Assembly (NCBI GenBank): GCA_002633005.1 | Contig: NMRA01000068.1 | Coordinates: 346,453 to 410,452, forward strand | Source of the DNA: Phoronis australis | Taxonomy: Eukaryota > Animalia > Phoronida | DNA length: 64,000 nt | Direction of reading: 5' to 3' | Part shown: piece after piece, positions 26,850-38,399 of the stretch | How the letters are laid out: each line of letters starts with the position of its first letter | How positions within the stretch are numbered: the stretch's first letter is position 1 | Notes under the pieces: model-generated | The model's input: only the letters and a program-made list of their open reading frames with translations | Told to the model about the DNA's origin: nothing | The model's database searches: none | Made by a program: the position numbers and the translations under genes

Positions 26850-27435
26850 AATGATTAACAGAATGGTTTTAAAGGACAAGGAAGTCGAGAAAATATTTTC
26901 ATCCAGACAAAATTATAATTTTCCTATTCGTCAACACAAGGCGAAAAACCTCAAATTTTATTTAAGTTGTTTGGCTAGTATACTCTCAAAGACAAAAAAA
27001 TGCTGGTTACTGTTTGCCGTGTGTACTCTTTGCCACTCAACCAAGCGGATGCAGTTGCCAGTTTGGAGTTCTCATGGAGAAACCTTTTACCAAGTTTATC
27101 AAAGCCCTAGGAAAAAACAACATTTTGCCAAGTCACAAATTAAACTTGTTTCATAAGAATGCTGTTGTCAACTCCACTTGGTGATTGCAAAGTTATGAAA
27201 ATCCTGAAAAATGGGTTGATGCTTTACTTCAAAAGGAGCATCAGCAGCAATATCAGAACAACAAAGGAGTAGCAGCAGCAATATCAGAACAACAAAGAGG
27301 CCCTTAGGAGTATAGTTTCATGCATCTTATTATATTTTGCTGAGCAAGGACTAGCACTGCGTGGGCATCGGGACGACGCGACAGCTGAGCCAGAAGTCAA
27401 CTAAGGGAATTTACTAGAACTCATTGTTCTCGTAC
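26850..27435 (+). pseudogene. hAT transposase remnant (TTF zinc finger + DUF4371, ZMYM1/PRKRIR-like)
   Basis: Frameshifted NYNFP...LKF...WLVYS...GYCLPC; QGLALRGHRDD at ~27346-27378 followed by N*GNLLELI; 33-bp tandem duplication at 27242-27298. A possible hAT right end (CTGGATCCGCAACAG) lies at ~30555-30569. Confidence 0.75.
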
Positions 27436-27499
27436 TGACGAAAAGTTTTTTTGAACAGTTGTCGGTCATATGTGAGGTATCTCTCAAAAACCATCCAGA

Positions 27500-30106
27500 A
27501 CGACCCATATTTGATTGTCATATAACTTTCATTTTTTGCTTGAATGGAGTCATTTTTGTGGGTCACTTGACCCTTAAAAATTAGCTCGATTTTCATGTGT
27601 GTTGCTAATTATTGTCATAAAAAAGCTAATTATTGGGTTTTCACTATTCTATCAATTTGTGCAATCATATGAACCCCAAACTTTATAAAAAATAACATTT
27701 CAACTTTGGCACATCAATGACCTCTTGGGGTCAAAAGGTGAACTCCAGGATATCATGGTGCCGTACGTCTATCACAAAAAAGTGTTAAAAAGTTTAGTTA
27801 CGTTAAATGTTTTTAATCAAAATTAAAATAGTTTCAGATTCTCTTTCAACTTGTTACTCAATACTATTGACCAAAATTTTGGATCCCACGGATTATTCGT
27901 TCAGTCAGAAATTGTGTGACAGACGTACAGCAAATTTTTACGTCCGTAATGTCCGTTCGTCACACCCATGAAATTGCAATCTTTCTACCAATAAAAATAA
28001 AATTATATTTTTACTTTCTAAACTTGCATGATAAAATGTATCTCATACCTAAGAACCTTAAAACCATAAAATCTTACAAAGGCATCTTTAAAATTTAGTG
28101 AAGAAGTTGTTACAAATTTTAACTAAATGCATTGATTTTTTTCAATTTCAAAAGTATTTGCAAAAAAGTTATAGGTTGCAATGTCATCTAGTTACTCTTA
28201 GTAGATAAGAATTCAACTTATTAAAATCAAACAGTTATACCACATTATAAAATGTTAAGAAAATAAAATGTTAATGAACTTATTATTTTCTGTTGGTACT
28301 CCGTGTTAGTAAAGAAATGTCTAGCTTTTGAGAAATTCAAGATGCAAAGATATTCATACAAAAGAAATCCTAAGGTGCTCTCAAGACACCTAAAGGAATA
28401 CATGTGAAGTTGCTATTGCACTGGAATCAGCACGTTATTTCTGCTCTGATCTGCTATACTGTGTTTTGTGTTGAAAAAGCAGATACCGGGAATTTTCAAG
28501 TGGTAAGAATCTGTCACCTACTTTATTGAGCATTTTTGTCACACCCTCACTGACAGTAGGCACTCTTTGTGTTTTTCAGTGTATTGGGTCATTGGGTGGC
28601 TTGTATGAAATTATTTCATAGCAAATTATTACATTGTCTCATCTTACATATTTTTGATCTTTCAGTCTTTTTAAGAATGAGTCGACTAATATTTTTTCTG
28701 CTGAGCTTTGAGGAGATTAAACCCCATTTAGAAAGGATCGAGGAAATTGTTGGAGACCACGGGAAGAACAGATGCAACTGGGAGAAGAATAAATATCTGC
28801 TGGAATATACTCTGAAACTTGAAAAAATGCCATCATGGATCAAATTCATAATTGCACTTGCACGTTCTGTGATGCGGCATTATATAAAGCCTCATATTAA
28901 ATTTGAAAAGAAGGCACGAGTTAAAGAACTGGATGAAAACCTAATCATTTTACTAACTAAATAGAAACCAATATCTGATAAGTTAGCTCTACATATTCCT
29001 AAATCATAATCATAAATGCAATAAATTTAAAATGTCTTGTTTTCACACTGGAAGACAGCACGGGTGATTTGAATCAAAATGTGAATGCCAAAAGTCCATG
29101 ATGTCAACTAAACTATACTTCACACTTGGCTTTAATAACATACTGAAGTCCTGTTACTAACACTTTAAAAACATTACAGTTATTACTTACATGGGCATGC
29201 ATCAGAACCATCGACAACATGGATCAGAATAATTTTGTACAAGGTCTAAGGACAAGTTCTAATTTAAAAAAAAACAATTGATTATAATGCATTTTTATGA
29301 CTGTGATTAGTAATGTTTCAAACTTTATTTCACATTTTATATTTTGACTGTCACATTTACTTATTAGTTTTGAACTAGTGTTTCCAGATTTTCCTGATAA
29401 CTAACAGCTGTCAAATACAAAATTATAATCACTCTCAATCCAGTCTATATTGCTAAGCCTCTTCAAAAGGAAGTCAAGATTTTAGGTGATTGTTTTATAT
29501 CTTTAATCAAATTTATTGAAAAGTTAAAATCATAGAGTACATTCCTAGTGTAGCCTTACCTCTGAGGATTTTATGCAAAAGGTCTATCGGTACATTTTAA
29601 TTAAAAAACATTGAATTAGTAGCAAAAGACCAATATATACCTTAAATACTGCATAAGTTTGAATCATTCTGAATTGATATCTTAGTCGCAACAAACAATT
29701 TAATACTAAAAATTCAGAGCGTACGTCCATCACGTACGTCCGTCACAGTAACTCAACTTATGTTGTGCTGTCTGACAAAAATTTCTTAGCAGATATCATC
29801 AAAAAAATTAGTGTGTTGTACTTTGTATACATTCTACTAAATCATCATATAAAACAAAAAAAATGTAACTTAATGCAACTCACAGAAAATTAACATTGGA
29901 AATTTTTTAAAAAAATTCAAATTCTCTGCGTACGTCCTTCACACCCCTTTAAGACAATTTTCTTAGTGAAAAGTTAATACATGCTTTGAAAGCTATCAGT
30001 GAGACCTATCAATTGATGTATTAATTATTTTCCTAGGGTGAATATTTTTTTCACAATTGATCAAAATGTTCTCTGATTGTACATCCATCACAAATGGAAT
30101 TGCCCA
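27500..30106. mobile_element. AT-rich DNA transposon fragment with a single visible terminus (Sola2-like end)
   Basis: Ends ...CCATCACAAATGGAATTGCCC; motif GTACGTCCATCAC recurs at 27763, 27916 (reverse), 29720, 29734, 29930 and 30079. Left TIR not found. Confidence 0.4.
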
Positions 30107-31076
30107 GAAGTAAGGTCTTTTCTTTGGTTATTGCAACTCACCAACAACATCTGTAATCTGATTGGTTTGATGGACTGAACGCTCGTAGTCATATTTAAAA
30201 TAAGTGTTTTTTACCAAACGGAAAGGAAGAGCTACTGGTGTAAGAACACTGTTTTGGTGGATGCTGATAAGTCACTCCATAGTAAATTTTGTCGATCAAA
30301 AAGTAATTTATTTCTGAACTTTTTGTGAATATGTTGAGTAAAACATAAACATCCCTTGTATTCTTAGCCTCGTCAAAGTTAAGAACACTCCAGTTGAATA
30401 AAATTTCATGAACTGATTCACTAATTAAGGTGTAAAATGTCACAAACATGCATTGAGTCATGACTACTGCTCCCCCCCAACACTGCAGTAACAGTGTGCA
30501 CCTGTCTGGTGAAGTGTCCCGAGGAAGGGCACACTGACCACCCTGGACAAAATGCTGGATCCGCAACAGCTAAGTCTTTGGTAGGACTATTTGGTTAGCC
30601 CAATACATCTAAAATAGCAAAATCCCATTGACATTAGGTTTTTTACGAGTTGGCCAACCCCTATGAAGTCTGAAGCAGTTTCTTGAGTCATTCGTGGTTT
30701 TGATGATGTTGGTAAAGAAAATTGTAGCTAATATCAGGAGACCATTTGTTTATCCAGCTAAGGAAGGTGAAGTGCAGCTTTATTTATTTTTTATTCTGGA
30801 CAGGCCAATGAGCTCCTGCAGCTTCTAGGTTAGAAAGAAATTTTTACTTACTGTCATTTGATGTTCTTTGCTTGCCTTTTGTCTTCAGGAAGGTTATTGC
30901 TTTAGTTTTCTTGTTGGCCTAAAATCAGTGTGTTTGTTTAAGGGTGACTAGATTGCCCTAAAGTTGTTGTTGCTTTAGCATGGAAGTTAAAAGACAGCTC
31001 TCCTGTTTGGTCTGTCATGAAGCAGCTGTTGCCCAACTGAGCAATACCAGTGCTGTAGTATGATCTTAGACTGAGA

Positions 31077-31188
31077 CAGGCCTTTATACAGGATTTTGAA
31101 AATAGGGTGTCCAAAATGGGGTTCCCAATATTCCAGGGCGTCCATGATTCCATTTGGACGCCCAGGACGTACGGTGCATAAAGGCCTG
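31077..31188. mobile_element. 112-bp hAT MITE
   Basis: Perfect 11-bp TIR CAGGCCTTTAT/ATAAAGGCCTG and perfect 8-bp TSD GACTGAGA (31069-31076, 31189-31196); a related fragment lies at 15146-15200. Confidence 0.9.
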
Positions 31189-31853
31189 GACTGAGATTGT
31201 CTCTTCCTTTGTCTTTTTATTTTGAGATGCATGGCCTTCAGTGTAAAATTTCCAACTGGAATTAACCACTTGGTCACTATATTGAAGACAAGTCTGTCAA
31301 GTTTGTTATATTATGGTATGCCCCAAATGTGAATACTTTACATTTCTCCAGCTTAGGTGGATGCCAACTTGTCAAATGTGACTTGGTGAAAATCCCAGTT
31401 GGGCAAATGAAAATTTAGGTTGCTAAAATTGGGGATGGAAGTTGGCGACCAAAAAAATAGGGTGCTGTCGACGTTATTTAGAATTGCTCCGGGTATGGTG
31501 TTGTAGAGAATGCACGCAATCGGAAGCTCTGGAAGCGCGTTATAAGGTACAAAAGGGCAAAAATTACTACTATCGGACTCGGAATTCAAGAAAATATACT
31601 CAATCTTATCATGCTGCAAATCCAATGCTATTTCGTAAAATTCGTCGTCAATTCAACTGCTTCATATTTTCTGTGCCATTTCGTGAATCCATTGTGAACT
31701 CAACAACTTCATTTTATCTATTTTATCCTTTAGTGCAAACACAATGTTACATCGTGAATTCAAACGTGTTTTATGAAATCAATTCTGTTTCATTTTTGAC
31801 ATTTTGTATATTCAAACCAGTTCAATCAACTCCGTTCTGTCACTTCAACTACG

Positions 31854-32246
31854 TTCCGTTTATGCAATGTCGACTAATCAGTTTGGTCAACTCAGTCATG
31901 TTTCGTCGATTCATTGTCGACAATCGTATTTCATCAATCCTTTTGGCTATTTAGTGAACTAACTAAAATCTTTCAACAGAGGGCAAAATCTGTCACTTCC
32001 AAAATATGACGGCAAAATATATGATGGCATCAATGTGCTCTGAGTGTTGCAAGTTTGATAGAATAGTATAGTGCGAATTCATCCCGCACATTCATTTCTG
32101 CCAGAACTGACAGACTTTGCCCTCAAAAGATTTTAGTTAGTTTACTAAACAGTCTATAGGATAGACAAAAACACCATTATCGAAACTGAATCGATGAAAC
32201 ACAACTGAGTTGACGAAACTGATTAGCCTACATTGCATCAACGGAA
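31854..32246. repeat. Long imperfect inverted repeat (fold-back), ~145-bp arms with ~100-bp spacer
   Basis: 31854-31999 aligns with the reverse complement of 32104-32246; the ORF track shows it as MQCRLISLVNSV on + and MQCRLISFVNSV on -. Confidence 0.85.
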
Positions 32247-33067
32247 TGCCCCCCATAGTGCGTCTTTCATCGTCCAACTGTACCCAGTTTTTGACGAACA
32301 ATTCCGACTTGCGTCTATTTACTTCCTGTTGTAATTTGAGCATGTGTTTCATTTGTGGTGACTGGTGAGGGTAGCAAATGCACTGATTTCATGAAACATA
32401 TAGAGCAAGTTTGAACCAAAAGTATTGAATCTAGGAAAATGTTAATTTATACTTTGGAAGTCACATCAAATTTTCAAGGAAATTTCGGATGAATTGTTGT
32501 CTGAATTATTGTCGGACTTTGCTACTCGCTGTGCCACTTGGCATTTTTCCTTTGTCGCCAGACATAATCCAAAGTGATGTTGCAGCTACCCAATTCGAGC
32601 ACCGCTTTTTTATTTTTTACAAAAATGTATGTCACTATTTCTGAACACAGTTTAATAATTTCTCAGGTTTTCAGTTGCTTGGCAGACATTGAAGTTGGGA
32701 TGACGTAGTCACACATGTCTTGCTGAATCCTGAGAAATTGAATCAAAAGTAATCAAACATAACAAATACCGTAGTATTAAATCAGAATTAGTAAATTTTT
32801 GCCCCACCATGTTGTTGGTTGAGGCACGCAATTCATTTTTTTCATACTGTTTAATGTTCTGTATGGTAGGCATTCAGTTTTGTAGTGCTACACTAAATGT
32901 CTTTAAACAGCTATATCAGTGTGCTTCATGTCTAACATCAACAAAACACTAAAAAGATGCTGAAACTGTTGACAAAAGTAAAGTTTTCGCGATTAACCAG
33001 GCACAACTTTTTAGTAGAAATCCTGCTACACTGCCATATGACATCTCATCCAGGTTTCAGCTATCCA

Positions 33068-33332
33068 GCGACACCATCTTTTGGCCACAATGATCATAGT
33101 GGGAACTGGGAAGTTTAGGAAACATTTTGTCTGGCATGCAACACCATCTTTTGCTCACTATGATCGCAGTGGCAAGTCCAGCAGGCATCTTGTACAGCAT
33201 ACAACTCCATCTTGTGTGGCAATGATTGTATTGGGGAATTAAGCATACATCTTATACAGCGTGCAACACCAACTTTTGGCCAAGGTGGCTGCAGTGGGAA
33301 GTTGTACAGCATGCAACACCATCTTTTGGTCA
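33068..33332. repeat. Diverged minisatellite, ~50-70-bp unit x5
   Basis: GCAACACCATCTTTTGG-like anchor at ~33068, 33138, 33201, 33263 and 33313. Confidence 0.75.
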
Positions 33333-33719
33333 CACCTGTCCAGTGTTCTCTTAAAAAAATTCAAACTCGACTGGCATGAAAAAGTTCATGTAGGTGTTTG
33401 AAAGTCACTGTCCATATATTGTGGGGAGTTGTGTGTTATGTCTTGTAATAAATGCATTGGGCTAGTACCATAAGTCTAAAATGTCTTAAAATGACTAATC
33501 TGCTAATAATTTTAAACTTGTTGCATTGGGTTTCAGACTTGAGGAAATAAGTCAAACTCCTCAAGGGAAAATTCAAAACTCAACGCAGTGACAACTGACA
33601 GGTCAAAACAGGTTGTGGTAAGGAAATCTTGTATTTTACACTTGGCAGTCAAAATGCATGATAAAAGACCATGCTTAATGGTCAGTGTTATAAACCATGT
33701 ACTGATGAAAAATACTCTA

Positions 33720-34369
33720 ATACATAAGAGCACGGTGTCCTGCACGGAAACCAACTATTAATACTGTCCATCGCCAAACCCAAATGAGATGGTGAAGGCA
33801 ATACGTTTGTTGGAACCAGCAAGACTGGAGGACCGTGGTGTTCTCTGACCAATCTCGTTTTTGCTTGCGGTCCATGGGCAGGTGGCAGACTGTGGGGACG
33901 GCAAAACTGTTGCGTTACTCGGGTAGTGTTACGGTGCGGGGTGGAATCTCCTTCAATGGAGGAACTCCACTTGTCCATGTACTCCCAGCACTACCGTACT
34001 CGAATTTTGGATCTCATAACCATAGCTTTTGTTCGGGTGCTTACGGTAGACAAAATAATATCCTACACGATGACAACGCAAGGCCTAGCTGCTCAACTTC
34101 CATAGAACACCATCTCCAACAACAAGCCATGACAGTGTCTGGAATGAACAGTGGCAAGTCTTGACCTGAATCCTATAGAACGGCAGTAGGACTAGCTTGG
34201 TCGACGAGTGTGCCATCGTGTCACAAACCAGACCACATTGGAAATCTCCGCCATCTGTTGGAACAGGAATGGAAGCAATCCCCCGGCAGAGGATTCAGCG
34301 TTTAATTGGGATTATGCATGAGAGATGCATGGTTGTGGTGAACTGGGTGGCTACAGTACATGTTACTGA
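33720..34369 (+). pseudogene. Tc1-like DDE transposase remnant
   Basis: RARCPARKP..HRQ..RW...WRTVVFSDQSRFC; LHDDNARP; DLNPIE; WEAIPRQRIQRLI..M..RC; contains stops and frameshifts. Confidence 0.88.
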
Positions 34370-37026
34370 TGAGATAGATTAGAACTGATTCGATTAGTGT
34401 TAAATTATGGCAGGCCACCATTTTGTGACTTTTGTTTTGAACTGTTTATCATCAAATTTAATTCATTTTACTGTGCAAATTTGTAGCAAATGTAATATCA
34501 AACATGTGTATTGAATTAAACTTTCTCCTGGTGAAACAACTGTCTTGTTTTTATTATTTCATCGTGGAGTTATCCTGAAAAGTATGAAGGGGGCATTACC
34601 TTTTTTAGTAGTTAACTTTTAAGTGCAGCACTTCTGAGGAGATGCGTCAAGTGTGGCAGACTTGGTTTTGTTGCCAGTGTGATTCGGTCTGACTTATGAA
34701 GTGGATGAAGCATCTTACTAACTGTTTTCAGCTGTTCCAAGTATGGAACAGAATTAGAAGCTTTCACCTTATTGCAAACTCATTACCTTTCTTGAAATCA
34801 CAGGCTGGCCATTGGCCAAAACTGAATTACTACTTTGGCGTTTAAGGATATTTCAAACCTTATTCACAAATATTGGCCAGTTTTACAGTATTTCACTTGT
34901 CTAGCAAAATACCTTATCTTCGTTGTCAGTGAACTTCAAATACACAATGTGTACCATTTAGGAAGAAAAAAGATTCAGCAGAACCATCTTGGAGCCACAC
35001 AACCGCATGAAAATTTGTGTACTACTTTTTTGAGTTCCGACGTTGCAGAGCTGTCACTCAAATCCAATCTCACGCCAAACACCAAGCAGCCCCGTATGTA
35101 TTCTCAGTCTTTTCAGTCACTAAGTTGCCATAATGTTCAGTCAACATATAATAAAACGATGCTGGGAAATCGAAGACAAAACTTAGTTTTTGTCTTGAGG
35201 GAGTTGTGTGGGTCTGCATATATACGACTGTTGAGAATGAATGCTCTGAGTCACGGCACGCCTCTGTGACTTAATGTTCATGAACACTGCAAGTTGTGAA
35301 AAGAGATAAATCCTCACCTAAATTCATATATTTGATAGGTAATTTGACATTTCGCTGTTTCAATCTCATGTTTACGATTCGCTTTAAACACTGACTGGAT
35401 TACTGTTGTCCAGTTCGTACTTGGTTTCATATCAGTCTGCTGGCACATGCTATTACAATGTAGGTCATCAGTTTACCCCGCCTTGGTTGGGGAGGGTCAC
35501 AAAATTAAAACGTTTAAATGATAATTAAGTTAATTACGCACTTCAAATTCAGTTGACCTTACGTGTGAATGTTGAAATAGCGAACGTAGTTAAGGCATGT
35601 ACAGGTTATATTGGCCGAAAAGAAGTTTTCATCGAATAATTAAACTGAAGACCTTGAAATTTCACATCTCCCAACTTATCCGGATTTCTGAGCTTCGGCA
35701 AATCGACCTAATTTGAACGAAGGAACTCAAGTTTTCTAAAACGGCTCGGTGGATTTCGCTGAAACTTATTTATTCATCAATCTCAGAAATGCTGTTAGGA
35801 TTTTCAATATAAAGGTCTAGTTTTTGCGTAATATAATGAAGACAATTACGACTGCTATTTTTTTTACAAAAACACTTTATGTTTTGCAACTTGATTGGTA
35901 ATATAGAAACCAAACTAAAAGACTAATTGAAAGTTCCTGTGTTTTTAGGTAGCTGGTGAAGATTATTAAAAAAAGGTTTCATTCAAATCGACCGAGGTGC
36001 TATTTTGCTATGAATTTTCCTTTCTTACAGATGAAAATTTGACTTAAAAAAGGTGTTAACGTCACAAAAATACAATGTTTCCATATTCCTTGATCTTTTG
36101 TTTTTCAGAAAATACATACTTTTAGTTGTTGAAAAAACCTGTTTTTTGATATATACGAGTTAGAATGGAGGCCACTAAGTAAGAAAAATTGGAGGTGTGT
36201 GCTTAGCCAATCTTGGGCTTCTAGATTGAAAATTTTGGCATCTTAGAGGTGGGGGCACTGGTAAGCATGAGCGTTTACTCTAGTGAATTTGGTATGTAAT
36301 GGAGTCCAGAATAGGCCAAAAAAAGAAAAAAATAGAATCTTATGCTGTTGCCTCTGAAGTCGGAATCCAAGTTTGTATTCTACTGTTTTTCAGTAACATT
36401 CTGTGTCCTCTAATGGTTGGAGTTTGACCTTTGAGGTCTGAAGTTCTGTATTTTGTTTCAAGTAGGTGTGAAAGTATTGCTTGTTTTAGAGGAAAACAAA
36501 ATATTTTAATTAGAATGTTATCAGTTAAGAGGCTGCAAATTGGAACATCTTAACTGTTCATTCAGATTTTATAACTAGCATTGCAAACCAGCTTTCGTTT
36601 GCTGACAGTGTTTGTGGAACAAAGATGTAATATCGTTGTCACTTCTGGAATAGGCAGAAGATATTAGCTTGCTTGAGACTTTGGAACTATTCATTGTCAG
36701 AAATCATTTCTTATCTGAATAAAGAACAAGTTTAGACCAATTTTAGTATTATATTGATGCAAAGTGGTTTGAGTCAGAAATTAATAATGATCTTGACATC
36801 GATAATCACAGAAGGCAGTTTCACAGTAGCTTTCAAGTAGACTGGAGTCATATTTTCTGACATTGTGATTATCTAACAATGATTTTTATGCCAGTCAGGT
36901 TGTTCTGAAAATTTGGTACCCAGCATTTGCTCCTGCTTTGGGCAGCGGTTATGTAGTTGCAAACTCAACCTGTTCCTTACTAAAGATGGCAAAGCGTCCC
37001 TGTTTAGAATTTACATTGGATATTCA

Positions 37027-38304
37027 TTTTTATGCGCCCACATATTTATATGTGGACGCATTATGCCGTCATCTCCATCCGTCCGTCTTTCCAGGCGGCG
37101 TCCGTCTGGCGTCCGCTGCTCTATCTCCAAAACCTGTTGACATACGTTCATGAAATTTGGCACATACCTTCCATTTATGAATGGGATGGCATGAGCGAAC
37201 TTTCGGACGGATCCGAATACCGGTGTGCCCCCTAGTGGCAATTTTAGTTTTTTACGCTTACCTTTGTATCTTCAAAAGTCCTGAACGGATTTTTACGAAA
37301 TTTGGTATGTTGGCACCTATTAGTGAGATGACGCTACCCTCCCGTTTTCAGATGGATTTGACGTAGTTTGCACCACCTAGTGGCCATTTTTACTGTTTTC
37401 GAGTCTGTTTTTTTGCATCCACTCCTCTATCAACCAAACCGCTTAAAGGATGATTGTGAAAATTGGCGTGTATGTGCTTATTGTGAAGAGGACGGTTGAA
37501 GATGATTTTCCGATGATTTCGACTACTGTGATGCCTCTTAGTGGCAGTTTTGTTTTTTTTTTGCACCTATGGCTGTATCTCCTAAACCGTTTTCAGGATC
37601 TTTACTTAATTTAGCAAGTGTATTTATATGATGTTGACTGCGGATGACGACGACTTTCGGACAGATCTGACTACTTCTGTGCCCCCTAGTGGCAATTTTA
37701 GTTTTTTACGTTTAACTCAGTATTTTCAAAGGTCCTCAACAGATTTTCATAAAATTTTGAATATAGGCATCTATTGGTGTGATGAGGCTATCTTTCTGTT
37801 TTTGGATGGAATCGAGGTATTTTGCACCACCTAGTGGCCATTTTTGCTGTTTTTAAATCTTGTTTTTGGTGTCCACCCCTGTATCAACCAAATCATTTGA
37901 AAATTGGCATATTATATGTTATCAGTGTGAAGACGACCTTTGGTGATGGTGACTTACTACTGTGGTGCCTCCTAGTGGTAGTTTTGTTTTGCGCCCATAG
38001 TGTTGTATCTCCTAAACCCACTGCAGTATCTTTACTAAATGTAGTAAGTGTATCTATATGAAGATAACAACTGACGACGACGACTTTCAGGCGGATCCAA
38101 CGGACACTGTGCCCACTAGTGACAATTTCATTTGATTCTGTTTTCCTTTGTTTTTCTGAAGTTCCAGATTTTTATGAAATATGCCATGTTCCTGTTTTTG
38201 GATGGATTGTATGTTTTTGCGCCATCTAGTGGCCAACAACCCTAAAAGCACACCATTTGCATTGCATTCGTGGGTGCATTTCAACGCTCCGCGTTGCTCT
38301 TGTT
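37027..38304 (+). mobile_element. Full-length HINE-like element (~1.28 kb), best reference copy
   Basis: T-run, 5' subTIR ATGCGCCCAC (37032) with adjacent inverted repeat, GTCC microsatellite, tandem subunits, 3' subTIR GTGGGTGCAT (38270), hairpin CAACGC-tcc-GCGTTG, then CTCTTGTT. No TSD; both ends sit in T-runs, as for Helentron/DINE-1 elements. Confidence 0.88.
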
Positions 38305-38399
38305 TATGTCTCACATATCCAATTGGGAAGTAACCTCTGTTGCCATGTCATCTTTTGTTGGTGAAGATGAAGGTCATATGCATATCATCTGTAATAGAC

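Noticed and set aside
28569-28964. 131-aa plus-strand ORF
   Set aside because: No recognisable motif or convincing splice pair; lies inside a probable transposon fragment.
31442-31954. 170-aa ORF
   Set aside because: Non-ATG start, overlaps the fold-back repeat arm, no domain signal.
35590-36200. Kolobok-like start TTAAGGCATG (and TTAAAGG at 18177)
   Set aside because: No matching second terminus found, so no element could be delimited.
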